The notes: generated by a model from the letters alone, not told the origin. 21,043 nucleotides of DNA from an uncultured Saprospiraceae bacterium (GCA_964607315.1 CAZSKA010000039.1:1-21043); one strand, 5' to 3'. Shown: positions 7,900-15,678, counted from the first letter of the stretch. Program-made: numbers and translations.

Positions 7900-9549
7900 A
7901 TGTATTCTAAATCCTTTATACTTTTTTTACTCCTCACAATTCCCTTTTTGGGTTCAACCCAAAAAAGAATTTACGATAAAGGACTATTGTTCTACGAAGC
8001 AAAGCAATACCATAATGCATTAGAATACTTTTATTCTGATAAAACTGCTAATTTCAACAAGGAACTTCTAATAAGAAGGATAATCTGTAATTATCAAACA
8101 GGAAAGATTGATAAAGCAAAGGAAGACGTTTCTAAAATCCTAACACTTGAAAGTTATCCTCCTGAAACTTTTTTTGTTATTGGTCAAATTTATCAATCTG
8201 AAGCAAACTTTGATAAAGCTGTAGAAAATTATAAAACATATTTACGACAAGCACCCAAGGCTTCAAATAAAGCTGAGGTAATCAAATCGATCAAACAATG
8301 CGGTAAAGCAAAAAGGCTTGCTTATAAAGAAGCAGAGGCTTTTGTAGACAATTACGGAAATATTATAAATACAGAATATGATGAGTTTAGGATGATACAA
8401 TCTCCTAATTACGAAAGTAAATTTTACTTCAGCTCTGCTAGAGAAGGATCAAATGGAGGAAGAAGAGATATAAAAGGCAAACGTGATGATGTATTTGGTT
8501 TCTATAACTCTGATATGTATACTGTAGAGAGCGATGGTGGAGAATGGCTGCCAATTCGAGCTTTAAATCCTTTTATTAATTCAAGTAGAGATGAATTAGC
8601 CTTGGACTTTTCTTCTGATGGATCTATTCTATTTTACATGAAAGGAGAGTCCTACGATAAAGGAGTTATTTATACTGATACTTTTTCTGTAGACAGTAAA
8701 GAAAAACTGCAGCCGAAACCTCTTAACGTTCCTATTGATGGTAACAATGGTGATACTTGGCTTTATCTTTTTAATGATAAAACTATTTTATTTGCTAGTG
8801 ATAGACCAGGTGGTTATGGCGGTTATGATTTATATGTGACTTATTCTCAGGATGGACTTTGGTCAAAACCTAAAAACCTTGGTCCTACTGTAAACTCAAA
8901 ATACGATGAAATTTCACCTTGTATTAGCGCTGGTGGAAAAATGCTTTATTTCAGCTCTAATAGATTAGAATCTTTTGGTGGTTTTGATGTTTTTAAGTCA
9001 ACTTTCAATGTTGAATCTGGGCAATTTGATTTAGCTACTAATGTAGGAATGCCCATAAATTCTGCTGGAAATGATAATGGGTTGTATCTAAACAAAGATG
9101 GAAAAACAGCTACATTATCAAGTGACAGAAAAGATGGCTTTGGCGGATATGACCTATATATTGTTTATTTCAAAGAAGATATTAAGGATCAAAAAAAATC
9201 GGAACCTTCATTAGCTTTTATTTCTAATGATGAATTTGTAGCCTTTAATCAACTACCTCCAGTTCCGATAGAAAAAGTAAAAGAGTCCAAAAAACCAAAG
9301 GAGATAAAAGAGAATAAAACGGTAGCTATTGCAGATGAAAAGGAAGTGAAAAGAACTCCGAAAAAAACACCCGTAAATAAACCAAAGACTAAAAAGAAAA
9401 AAAAGAAAAAATCAGATAGCAAGAAACAAAATGCTAAAGCCAAAACAAATGCTAAAATTGCAAATTCAGGAATAAAGCATTACATGCTAAATCCCGTTTT
9501 TTACGAAAAAACAAGGAACTTATTAATGCTGAATCAGAAAAAGAATTAA
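7900..9549 (+). CDS. N-terminal fragment/ORF: signal peptide, TPR-like repeats, PD40 repeats, Lys-rich linker
   Basis: It has the signal peptide MYSKSFILFLLLTIPFLGSTQ, TPR-like helices, and PD40 repeats (ILFASDRPGGYGGYDLYVTY, LYFSSNRLESFGGFDVF, LSSDRKDGFGGYDLYIVY). The terminal 13 codons, from TRNLLMLNQKKN*, are out-of-frame read-through. Confidence 0.8.
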   Translation: MYSKSFILFLLLTIPFLGSTQKRIYDKGLLFYEAKQYHNALEYFYSDKTANFNKELLIRRIICNYQTGKIDKAKEDVSKILTLESYPPETFFVIGQIYQSEANFDKAVENYKTYLRQAPKASNKAEVIKSIKQCGKAKRLAYKEAEAFVDNYGNIINTEYDEFRMIQSPNYESKFYFSSAREGSNGGRRDIKGKRDDVFGFYNSDMYTVESDGGEWLPIRALNPFINSSRDELALDFSSDGSILFYMKGESYDKGVIYTDTFSVDSKEKLQPKPLNVPIDGNNGDTWLYLFNDKTILFASDRPGGYGGYDLYVTYSQDGLWSKPKNLGPTVNSKYDEISPCISAGGKMLYFSSNRLESFGGFDVFKSTFNVESGQFDLATNVGMPINSAGNDNGLYLNKDGKTATLSSDRKDGFGGYDLYIVYFKEDIKDQKKSEPSLAFISNDEFVAFNQLPPVPIEKVKESKKPKEIKENKTVAIADEKEVKRTPKKTPVNKPKTKKKKKKKSDSKKQNAKAKTNAKIANSGIKHYMLNPVFYEKTRNLLMLNQKKN

Positions 9550-9623
9550 GCCAAGTAATAAATATTCTTAAAGAACATCCTCAATCAATAATTTACTTAA
9601 AATCCCATATTAATGAGGACGGG

Positions 9624-10220
9624 ATGGAAGCAGTTGATCTTTACTTCGCAATCAAAAGAGCTGAACAAATAGGTGACTATCTTGTGAAAAATGGCATAAA
9701 TGGAAACAGGATTCACTTAAAAAGTTATGGCTCAAATTATCCTATTGCCAAACCTGAAAGTGGCGGTCAACCTAATAAAGTTGCAAACAAAGTTAATTCT
9801 CGAATAGAGTTTGAGTTTAAGAACATTGACCATACTCGTTTAAAAGTTGAAATGAAACAGCCATTTTTAACTGAATATCTTAGAGATCCTCGAGGTGAAT
9901 TATTTCAGACAATTGAAGATGGTCTTTCGTATAGAGTTCAAGTTGCTACAGTTGGTCAAATGTATCAAAATCAGATACTTCTTGTATATAATGATGGAAT
10001 GATAGAACGTCCATATAATGGTAAAATGTATCAATACACACTTGGCTTATATAGTTCTTTTGAAGATGCTAAATTATTAGTTAATGACTTGAAAAATTAC
10101 GACGTAACACAGGCGTTTATCGTTCCATATATTGATGGCAGACGATTAACCAAAAACGAATACGAATCCTACACAAATCAATACGAAAACCTTTTAAAAT
10201 TCACTCAAGACCAAAAATGA
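9624..10220 (+). CDS. C-terminal fragment/ORF: degenerate OmpA-like domain plus SPOR-like domain
   Basis: The OmpA-like remnant is AIKRAEQIGDYLVKNGINGNRIHLKSYG...NSRIEFEF. The SPOR-like segment is YRVQVATVGQ...YQYTLGLYSSFEDAKLLVNDLKNYDVTQAFIVPY. The frame is open back to 9456 with no ATG before 9624. Confidence 0.7.
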   Translation: MEAVDLYFAIKRAEQIGDYLVKNGINGNRIHLKSYGSNYPIAKPESGGQPNKVANKVNSRIEFEFKNIDHTRLKVEMKQPFLTEYLRDPRGELFQTIEDGLSYRVQVATVGQMYQNQILLVYNDGMIERPYNGKMYQYTLGLYSSFEDAKLLVNDLKNYDVTQAFIVPYIDGRRLTKNEYESYTNQYENLLKFTQDQK

Positions 10221-10789
10221 GCAACAACCAAGAAATGGGAACAATTAAATTCTTCAAAGAGAGCATCAAAAACCTTAAAACAGTAGGTACAATAACTAGA
10301 AGCTCAAAATATCTTTGTAAAGGAATGATAAAGCCCATCGACTTTTCAAAAGTTGACGTTATTATAGAATTAGGCGCTGGAGATGGTGTTGTTACCGAAC
10401 ATATTCTCGATGCAATGTCTCCCAATACTAAATTACTAGCATTCGAACTTAATAGCAAGTTTTGTAATCAAATGAGGCAAAAATTTAATGATGATAGACT
10501 GATTATTATTGAAGATGACGCTAGTAAAATCAAACACTATTTAGAAAAACACAATCTTAAAAAAGCTGATGCAATTATTTCTGCATTACCTTTTACTATT
10601 TTACCTGAAGAGATTACCTATAATATAATTAATACTTGTAAAGATAATATGGTAAAGGATGGGACTTACGTCCAAATTCATTATTCCTTAATCCCTAAGA
10701 AATATTATAAAACAGTATTTGGAAATGTTGACATTAGTTTTATCCCTCTTAATGTGCCTCCTGCTTGGGTTATGGTTAGTAAAAAATAG
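10217..10789 (+). CDS. Class I SAM-dependent methyltransferase, COG3963 / phospholipid N-methyltransferase (PmtA)-like
   Basis: The ORF is 190 aa. It has SAM motif I (IIELGAGDGVVTE) and family-typical VGTITRSS, ALPFTILP, YVQIHYS and NVPPAWV segments. Its ATG overlaps the upstream stop (ATGA at 10217-10220). Confidence 0.7.
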   Translation: MSNNQEMGTIKFFKESIKNLKTVGTITRSSKYLCKGMIKPIDFSKVDVIIELGAGDGVVTEHILDAMSPNTKLLAFELNSKFCNQMRQKFNDDRLIIIEDDASKIKHYLEKHNLKKADAIISALPFTILPEEITYNIINTCKDNMVKDGTYVQIHYSLIPKKYYKTVFGNVDISFIPLNVPPAWVMVSKK

Positions 10790-10850
10790 TGCTTGATAAT
10801 TTTTTAATAAATTATTCTATAATTGAATAAGATGAAACCTCGAATTTTCA

Positions 10851-13256
10851 TCAATCAATACTGCTATTTCTTGCCACTCTTTTTCCTATTCCACATAGAA
10901 ATTCATACGGAATAACTTCTGCTATCTCACATAGTGAAAAAAGCTGTTCTTTATTTTCAAAAATCACCACTTCATCACCTGACTTTACGTCCATACCACT
11001 AATATCTATTATACACGTGTCCATTGCTATATTTCCAACTGTTTTATGAGCCATTCCATTTATATAAAATGAAGAATTACCCTTTCCATGCTTTCTGCTT
11101 ATTCCATCTGCATATCCTATACTAATAGTTGCTGTCTTCATATCTTTATCCGCAATAAATCCCTGATTATATCCTACACTTTCACCTTTCTTTACTTGCT
11201 TAATCTGAGCAATAAACGTCACTAATCTATGCGAACATGTTAATCCCTCTTCAGCTATCAACCCATGCATACCAATTCCTACTCGTATCATATCGTAATG
11301 CATTTCTGGAAAATAAATCGCTCCATGAGAATTACATATGTGTTTTAAAGGTCTATATCCTAATTTATCTTCTAACTTCTCAAAACATCTATCAAAATAG
11401 TATGCTTGTCCTCTATTTAATGTCTCTTTTTTATACTCATCTGATGAACTCAAATGTGAAAATATAGAAGCTACTCTTACTGACTTTTTGTCTTTCAAAA
11501 ATGAAACTAATTCATCTAATTCTCCTTCTTTAAATCCGAGTCGATTCATACCTGAATCTATATTGATATGAATATTTATTTTTTTAGAAAAATCAACTTT
11601 CTCTAATTGGGAAATACTAAATATTTCTGGTTCTAAATCATACTCTGCTGCTAAGAAAAAAAGTGATGGGTCTGGATTCATAACCATTATCGGCTTTTTT
11701 ATTCCCTCTTTCCTTAACTCTATCCCTTCTTCTATAAATGCAACAGCCAAATAATCAATACCAAAATTATCAAGATACTTTCCTATCCTTATAGAATCAC
11801 TTCCATAAGCTCCCGCTTTTACAACAGCCATTATCTTGTGCTTCGCTTCTCCTAATGATTTAAAATATTTCATATTATCTGAAATACTTTCCAACTTAGT
11901 CTCTAAAATTGTCCGATGAGGATTCTCTTGCAAAAAAATAGCAATATGTTCTAATCGATATCTCCTTGCTCCTTTAATCAAAATCAATTGTGATTCTAAT
12001 TTATTCTTAATTAAATAATTCAATAAACTTGAGGTGTCCTCAAACAATAAGTCATAGTCCAATGAATTACTTGGTTTACCCACATAAAAAAACTGATCTA
12101 CTGGGTAAGACTGAATTAATTGTAGAAGCCTATCATAAAATTGTTTATTGTCTTTTTGATCATCAAACTCACTTAGTATTAATGTCAGACCTCTATCATT
12201 CTTTTGCATCATTGCAAATTCTAAAGCAGAATGTAAAGAGATAATATCAGAATTATAACTATCATTAATTAGTAAACAATTTCTAGGCGCTTTCATTAAC
12301 TCAAGTCGCATAGAAACCGGACGAATATCCATAAGATGAGCTTGTATCTCTTCTTCTGTTAAACCTAACTCTAAACATAATATGATTACATGTATAATAT
12401 TAGAAATAGACGCTTCATCTTTAAAAGGAAAGATAAAGGAAGCTCTTTTCTTTCCACTTATAATGATCTTTGCATTATTCTCTTTCTCAACACTAACTTT
12501 GTAAAGAGTGGAATTCTTTGTTTTGGACCAAGAGATTTTTTCTACATCTAAAAGCGCATTGTAATTTAACTCACCAACTTTTTCATTACTCTCATATATA
12601 AGCTTCTCGCAATCTCTAAATAAAATTATCTTTTCCTTTAATTTTTGATTAAATGAATCAAATCCCTCAGAATGAGCATCTCCCATTGTTGTTAGAATTC
12701 CAATATTTGGTTGGATAATACTTTCCAACAATTTCATCTCACCAGGTCTAGAAATTCCCGCTTCTATAATGGCATAATTAACCTCTTCTTCTATTCCGAG
12801 GATAGATAAAGGAACACCCAGCTGCGAATTATAAGAACCAGGTGATTTATAGGTACTTGAATACTTATTTAAAATAGAATGTGTCCATTCCTTAGTAATT
12901 GTCTTGCCATTAGTTCCTGTAATTCCTATAAATAAACCATTTTGCTTAACTCTGTAAGCTTTCGCTATTTTTTGAAAGCTTAACAAAACATTATCTGTAA
13001 TTAGATAAATTTCATCTTTTCCTATAATTTCAGGTTCGGAATTAAGCATAAAAATTCTAACCCCTTTAGCCCTAGCCTCACTAATATGCTTATCATCTCC
13101 CCCCAATGCCAAAAACAAAGTGCATGTTCCTAAGTTCTGTTTACGAGAATCAAACATGATATGATCAATAGCATAATCTGTATAATCTTTGGGCGTAAGC
13201 CCGGATAATAAATTAAACTCGTCTGAAGATAATATGTCTGCTATCCTTAATCGCAT
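10851..13256 (-). CDS. murF: Bifunctional UDP-N-acetylmuramoyl-tripeptide--D-alanyl-D-alanine ligase (MurF) / alanine racemase (Alr) fusion
   Basis: The N-terminal half has the Mur ligase P-loop GITGTNGKT, SYNSQLGVP, GDAHSEGF and NDSYNSD. The C-terminal half has the PLP-lysine motif VVKAGAYGSD, IGYADGISR and GNIAMDTCIID. The track starts at GTG 13262. I prefer ATG 13256 because a -7 box ends at 13262. Confidence 0.85.
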   Translation of the reverse strand: MRLRIADILSSDEFNLLSGLTPKDYTDYAIDHIMFDSRKQNLGTCTLFLALGGDDKHISEARAKGVRIFMLNSEPEIIGKDEIYLITDNVLLSFQKIAKAYRVKQNGLFIGITGTNGKTITKEWTHSILNKYSSTYKSPGSYNSQLGVPLSILGIEEEVNYAIIEAGISRPGEMKLLESIIQPNIGILTTMGDAHSEGFDSFNQKLKEKIILFRDCEKLIYESNEKVGELNYNALLDVEKISWSKTKNSTLYKVSVEKENNAKIIISGKKRASFIFPFKDEASISNIIHVIILCLELGLTEEEIQAHLMDIRPVSMRLELMKAPRNCLLINDSYNSDIISLHSALEFAMMQKNDRGLTLILSEFDDQKDNKQFYDRLLQLIQSYPVDQFFYVGKPSNSLDYDLLFEDTSSLLNYLIKNKLESQLILIKGARRYRLEHIAIFLQENPHRTILETKLESISDNMKYFKSLGEAKHKIMAVVKAGAYGSDSIRIGKYLDNFGIDYLAVAFIEEGIELRKEGIKKPIMVMNPDPSLFFLAAEYDLEPEIFSISQLEKVDFSKKINIHINIDSGMNRLGFKEGELDELVSFLKDKKSVRVASIFSHLSSSDEYKKETLNRGQAYYFDRCFEKLEDKLGYRPLKHICNSHGAIYFPEMHYDMIRVGIGMHGLIAEEGLTCSHRLVTFIAQIKQVKKGESVGYNQGFIADKDMKTATISIGYADGISRKHGKGNSSFYINGMAHKTVGNIAMDTCIIDISGMDVKSGDEVVIFENKEQLFSLCEIAEVIPYEFLCGIGKRVARNSSID

Positions 13257-13261
13257 ATCCA

Positions 13262-13269
13262 CAAATGTA
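13262..13269 (-). promoter_or_regulatory. -7 box TACATTTG for murF-alr, with a TTTG -33 candidate at 13293-13296 (minus strand)
   Basis: This is an exact TAnnTTTG match on the minus strand with a TTTG about 23 nt upstream. The box abuts the start region, which implies a near-leaderless transcript starting around ATG 13256. Confidence 0.4.
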
Positions 13270-13301
13270 CATTCATTTTAAAATCAATAACACAAAACCT
13301 T

Positions 13302-13309
13302 TACATTTG
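13302..13309 (+). promoter_or_regulatory. -7 box TACATTTG on the plus strand, about 290 nt upstream of menA
   Basis: This is an exact TAnnTTTG match and forms the right arm of a perfect 10-bp inverted repeat with 13260-13269. No good -33 TTTG was seen. No other consensus -7 box occurs between here and menA. Confidence 0.3.
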
Positions 13310-13601
13310 TGTGTTTGTTCAACCCATATTATGTAATAGACTTCGTAATGAGAACTGAAATGCCGAAGAAATAGCGACTTTTGTGAATGAATCATAACTT
13401 TTGACGCCACAGCGTTGGTCCCCACTGAAGCCTTTGGAGTCACAGGTAATGTTGAATAAAGAAAAGTTGGTTTAGCCTTTATTTCAAGAGCATTTAAGGT
13501 AGGAATAGATTTTCTATTTAAAAATGTGCCTTATATAAAAAACGAATTCGATATTAGTATATCATCTGATGAAATTAACATCAAATCAAAATGGAAAATA
13601 G

Positions 13602-14492
13602 ATGAAAGCATGGATTAAAGCTTTTCGTTTAAGAACTCTTCCGCTTGCGCTTGCTTGTATTTCAATGGGAAGTATTCTTGCCTTTACAGAAGGTAAAATG
13701 AATTGGCTTATAGCCATACTTAGTTTAACAACCACTCTTTTCCTTCAAATATTATCAAATCTTGCAAATGATTATGGTGATTACAAAAGTGGCGTAGATA
13801 GCGAAAAACGTCAAGGTCCTTCAAGAAGTGTCCAAAGAGGAGAAATTAGCGTAAAGGCAATGTTCAATGCTATAATCATCTTCAGTTTACTTAGCTTTAT
13901 GTCAGGTTGTTTCTTGCTGATTACAGGGCTTAAGATTAATCTAGTCTTCTTTCTTTTCCTACTAGTAGGGATACTTGCTATTGCCGCAGCAATCAAATAC
14001 ACTATGGGTAATAATCCATATGGATATTCTGGATTAGGAGATTTCTCAGTTTTTTTATTTTTTGGCATTATTGGGGTTTTAGGAACGTATTACTTGCATA
14101 CAGGAACAATTAATTACTTGGCAACATTACCAGCATTGACCTGTAGTTTCTTTGCTGTTGCTGTCCTAAATGTCAACAATATACGTGATATAGAATCAGA
14201 TAAACTCACAGGAAAAAACTCTATCCCTGTTAGAATAGGTAGAGAGAAAGCTGTTATTTATCATCATTTACTTTTAATTATCGGCCTCTTCACTAGCTTA
14301 ATTTATGTGATAATTGATTATAAAGGTCCATTCCAATTTTTGTTTCTTATTGTAATTCCTCTTTTATATAAGAATGGCATTGCAGTCAAGACCCTTCATG
14401 ATGCCAAAAAACTTGACCCTTATCTAAAACAAATGGCATTAACTACCTTACTTTTCGTAGTTTGCTTCGGAATAGGAAACATCTTCTATTAA
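13602..14492 (+). CDS. menA: 1,4-dihydroxy-2-naphthoate polyprenyltransferase (menaquinone biosynthesis)
   Basis: The ORF is 296 aa and is a UbiA-superfamily membrane protein. LRTLPLA...LQILSNLANDYGDYKSGVD...RQGPSRSVQRGEIS is nearly colinear with the E. coli MenA N-terminal region as I recall it. A second Asp-rich motif, NNIRDIESD, is present. Confidence 0.85.
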   Translation: MKAWIKAFRLRTLPLALACISMGSILAFTEGKMNWLIAILSLTTTLFLQILSNLANDYGDYKSGVDSEKRQGPSRSVQRGEISVKAMFNAIIIFSLLSFMSGCFLLITGLKINLVFFLFLLVGILAIAAAIKYTMGNNPYGYSGLGDFSVFLFFGIIGVLGTYYLHTGTINYLATLPALTCSFFAVAVLNVNNIRDIESDKLTGKNSIPVRIGREKAVIYHHLLLIIGLFTSLIYVIIDYKGPFQFLFLIVIPLLYKNGIAVKTLHDAKKLDPYLKQMALTTLLFVVCFGIGNIFY

Positions 14493-14541
14493 GAGTGCTC
14501 TTGGGGTTTCTAACCAATCTAAAAAAAGCTATCTTTACCCC

Positions 14542-15282
14542 ATGAATAATCAACTGTATAAAAATTTACAGGAAAGTAAGAGCAAGGGAGAGAAGAAATT
14601 TGCTGTTCTTATTGATCCTGATAAATTAAGGCTTGGAAGCATTGACGATATCGTGAAGAAGGCGATAGAAGCAAAAGTTGATTACTTCTATATTGGTGGA
14701 AGCTTAATCGTTAACAATATGCTTGACGAAGTGATTTCGGAAATAAAGTCAAAATCAAACATCCCTACCATATTATTTCCAGGAAATTCTTATCAATTAT
14801 CGTATAAAGCTGATGGAATTCTATTTCTATCTCTTATTTCTGGTCGAAATGCTGAATTATTAATTGGTAATCATGTACTTTCTGCACCATATATAAAAAT
14901 TAGTGGCTTAGAAGTAATCAGTACTGGATACATGTTAATCGATGGTGGAATATCCACTACTGTGCAATATATTTCGAATACCACACCAATCCCAAGGAAT
15001 AAATATGACATCGCTCTTTCTACCGCTCTTGCTGGTGAAATGCTAGGAATGAAACAAATCTTTCTTGATGCTGGAAGTGGAGCGGAACACTGTGTTTCTG
15101 CTGAAATGATCTCAGCTGTTTCATCTGCTGTGGAAGTTCCAGTTATTGTGGGAGGAGGAATCCGTTCTGGAAAACAAGCAAAAATTGCCGTTGATGCAGG
15201 TGCAGATGTCATAGTAGTAGGAAACGCAATAGAAAACTCACCAGATCTTATTTTTGAAATATCAGAAGCAATAGGAAAATAA
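14542..15282 (+). CDS. Geranylgeranylglyceryl phosphate synthase family protein (GGGPS/PcrB TIM-barrel prenyltransferase)
   Basis: The ORF is 246 aa. It has VLIDPDK near the N-terminus, YFYIGGS, FPG, and the C-terminal phosphate-binding GGGIRS...VVVGNAIE characteristic of GGGPS/PcrB. Confidence 0.75.
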   Translation: MNNQLYKNLQESKSKGEKKFAVLIDPDKLRLGSIDDIVKKAIEAKVDYFYIGGSLIVNNMLDEVISEIKSKSNIPTILFPGNSYQLSYKADGILFLSLISGRNAELLIGNHVLSAPYIKISGLEVISTGYMLIDGGISTTVQYISNTTPIPRNKYDIALSTALAGEMLGMKQIFLDAGSGAEHCVSAEMISAVSSAVEVPVIVGGGIRSGKQAKIAVDAGADVIVVGNAIENSPDLIFEISEAIGK

Positions 15283-15659
15283 TGGAATACTCAAATTTGC
15301 TAATTAACTTATTATATCAGATGGCATATGCGGATGGAGAATTTTCTGATGAAGAAAAACAGTTTATCAGCCAAGTAATAGAGGAAAATGTTAAAGATCC
15401 TGATATATTTCTTGAAGACAAAGCCGAAATACCCAGAGAAGAAAAAGATCGTATGACTATCTTTTATTACCTTCTTTTCTTACTAAAGATTGACGGTGTA
15501 GTAGCTCCTTCCGAACGCATTATTGCTATAAAATTCGGCGTAGCTCTTGGCTTTAGAGAAGAAATGATTAATTCGATGTTAGATGTTTTGGAAAAGCATC
15601 TTGAGAATAAATTACCAGATGATGAACTAATTACCATTATTCGCCAATATTTAAATTAA
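15282..15659 (+). CDS. Small TerB-like (tellurite-resistance TerB / DjlA-N fold) protein
   Basis: The ORF is 125 aa. It contains two TerB-like helical repeats (MAYADGEFSDEEKQFI and LLKIDGVVAPSERIIAIKF). Its ATG shares one base with the GGGPS stop (TAATG at 15280-15284). Confidence 0.55.
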   Translation: MEYSNLLINLLYQMAYADGEFSDEEKQFISQVIEENVKDPDIFLEDKAEIPREEKDRMTIFYYLLFLLKIDGVVAPSERIIAIKFGVALGFREEMINSMLDVLEKHLENKLPDDELITIIRQYLN

Positions 15660-15670
15660 ATTAGATTAAC

Positions 15671-15678
15671 TATTTTTG
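15671..15678 (+). promoter_or_regulatory. -7 box TATTTTTG upstream of sucB
   Basis: This is an exact TAnnTTTG match 59 nt upstream of the sucB ATG. It is the same 8-mer as at 4669-4676. Confidence 0.35.

Larger units (their letters stand above)
7900..10220 (+). pseudogene. TPR-PD40-OmpA-like-SPOR envelope protein gene interrupted by a 1-nt frameshift at an A6 run (9506-9511)
   Basis: The OmpA-like domain begins in frame 1 (IKHYMLNPVFYEK) and continues without a break in frame 0 (NKELINAESEKELSQVINILKEHPQSIIYLKSH...). An A7 run in place of the A6 run would restore a single ORF of about 773 aa. Confidence 0.65.
13260..13311. repeat. Perfect 10-bp inverted repeat CACAAATGTA (13260-13269) / TACATTTGTG (13302-13311), 32-bp spacer
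   Basis: Read directly from the sequence. Each arm contains a TAnnTTTG box pointing outward. Confidence 0.9.

Noticed and set aside
9249-9443. An A/G-rich low-complexity stretch that might look like a repeat array.
   Set aside because: It is in frame and encodes a Lys/Pro/Thr-rich linker (KKPKEIKENK…KPKTKKKKKKKSDSKK) between the propeller and the OmpA-like domain. It has no regular repeat-spacer periodicity.
13401-13447. Loose resemblance of GCCACAGCG..GGTCCCCACTG..AAGCC..GGAG to the cobalamin-riboswitch core (CCCGCCACUG and the B12 box).
   Set aside because: The conserved GGGAA / GGUGAAAUCC elements and a proper AGCCAGGAGACCUGCC B12 box are absent. menA is not a known B12-regulated gene. 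I also checked by eye for SRP RNA (GGAA tetraloop/AGCAGC), RNase P (GAAAGTCC) and tmRNA ends and found none.
13602-14492. The idea that the UbiA-family gene next to GGGPS is a DGGGPS-type ether-lipid enzyme rather than MenA.
   Set aside because: Its N-terminal region (LQILSNLANDYGD…R.GP.R..Q.G.IS) follows the MenA pattern closely, and Bacteroidota need MenA for menaquinone. It is kept only as a caveat in the GGGPS finding.
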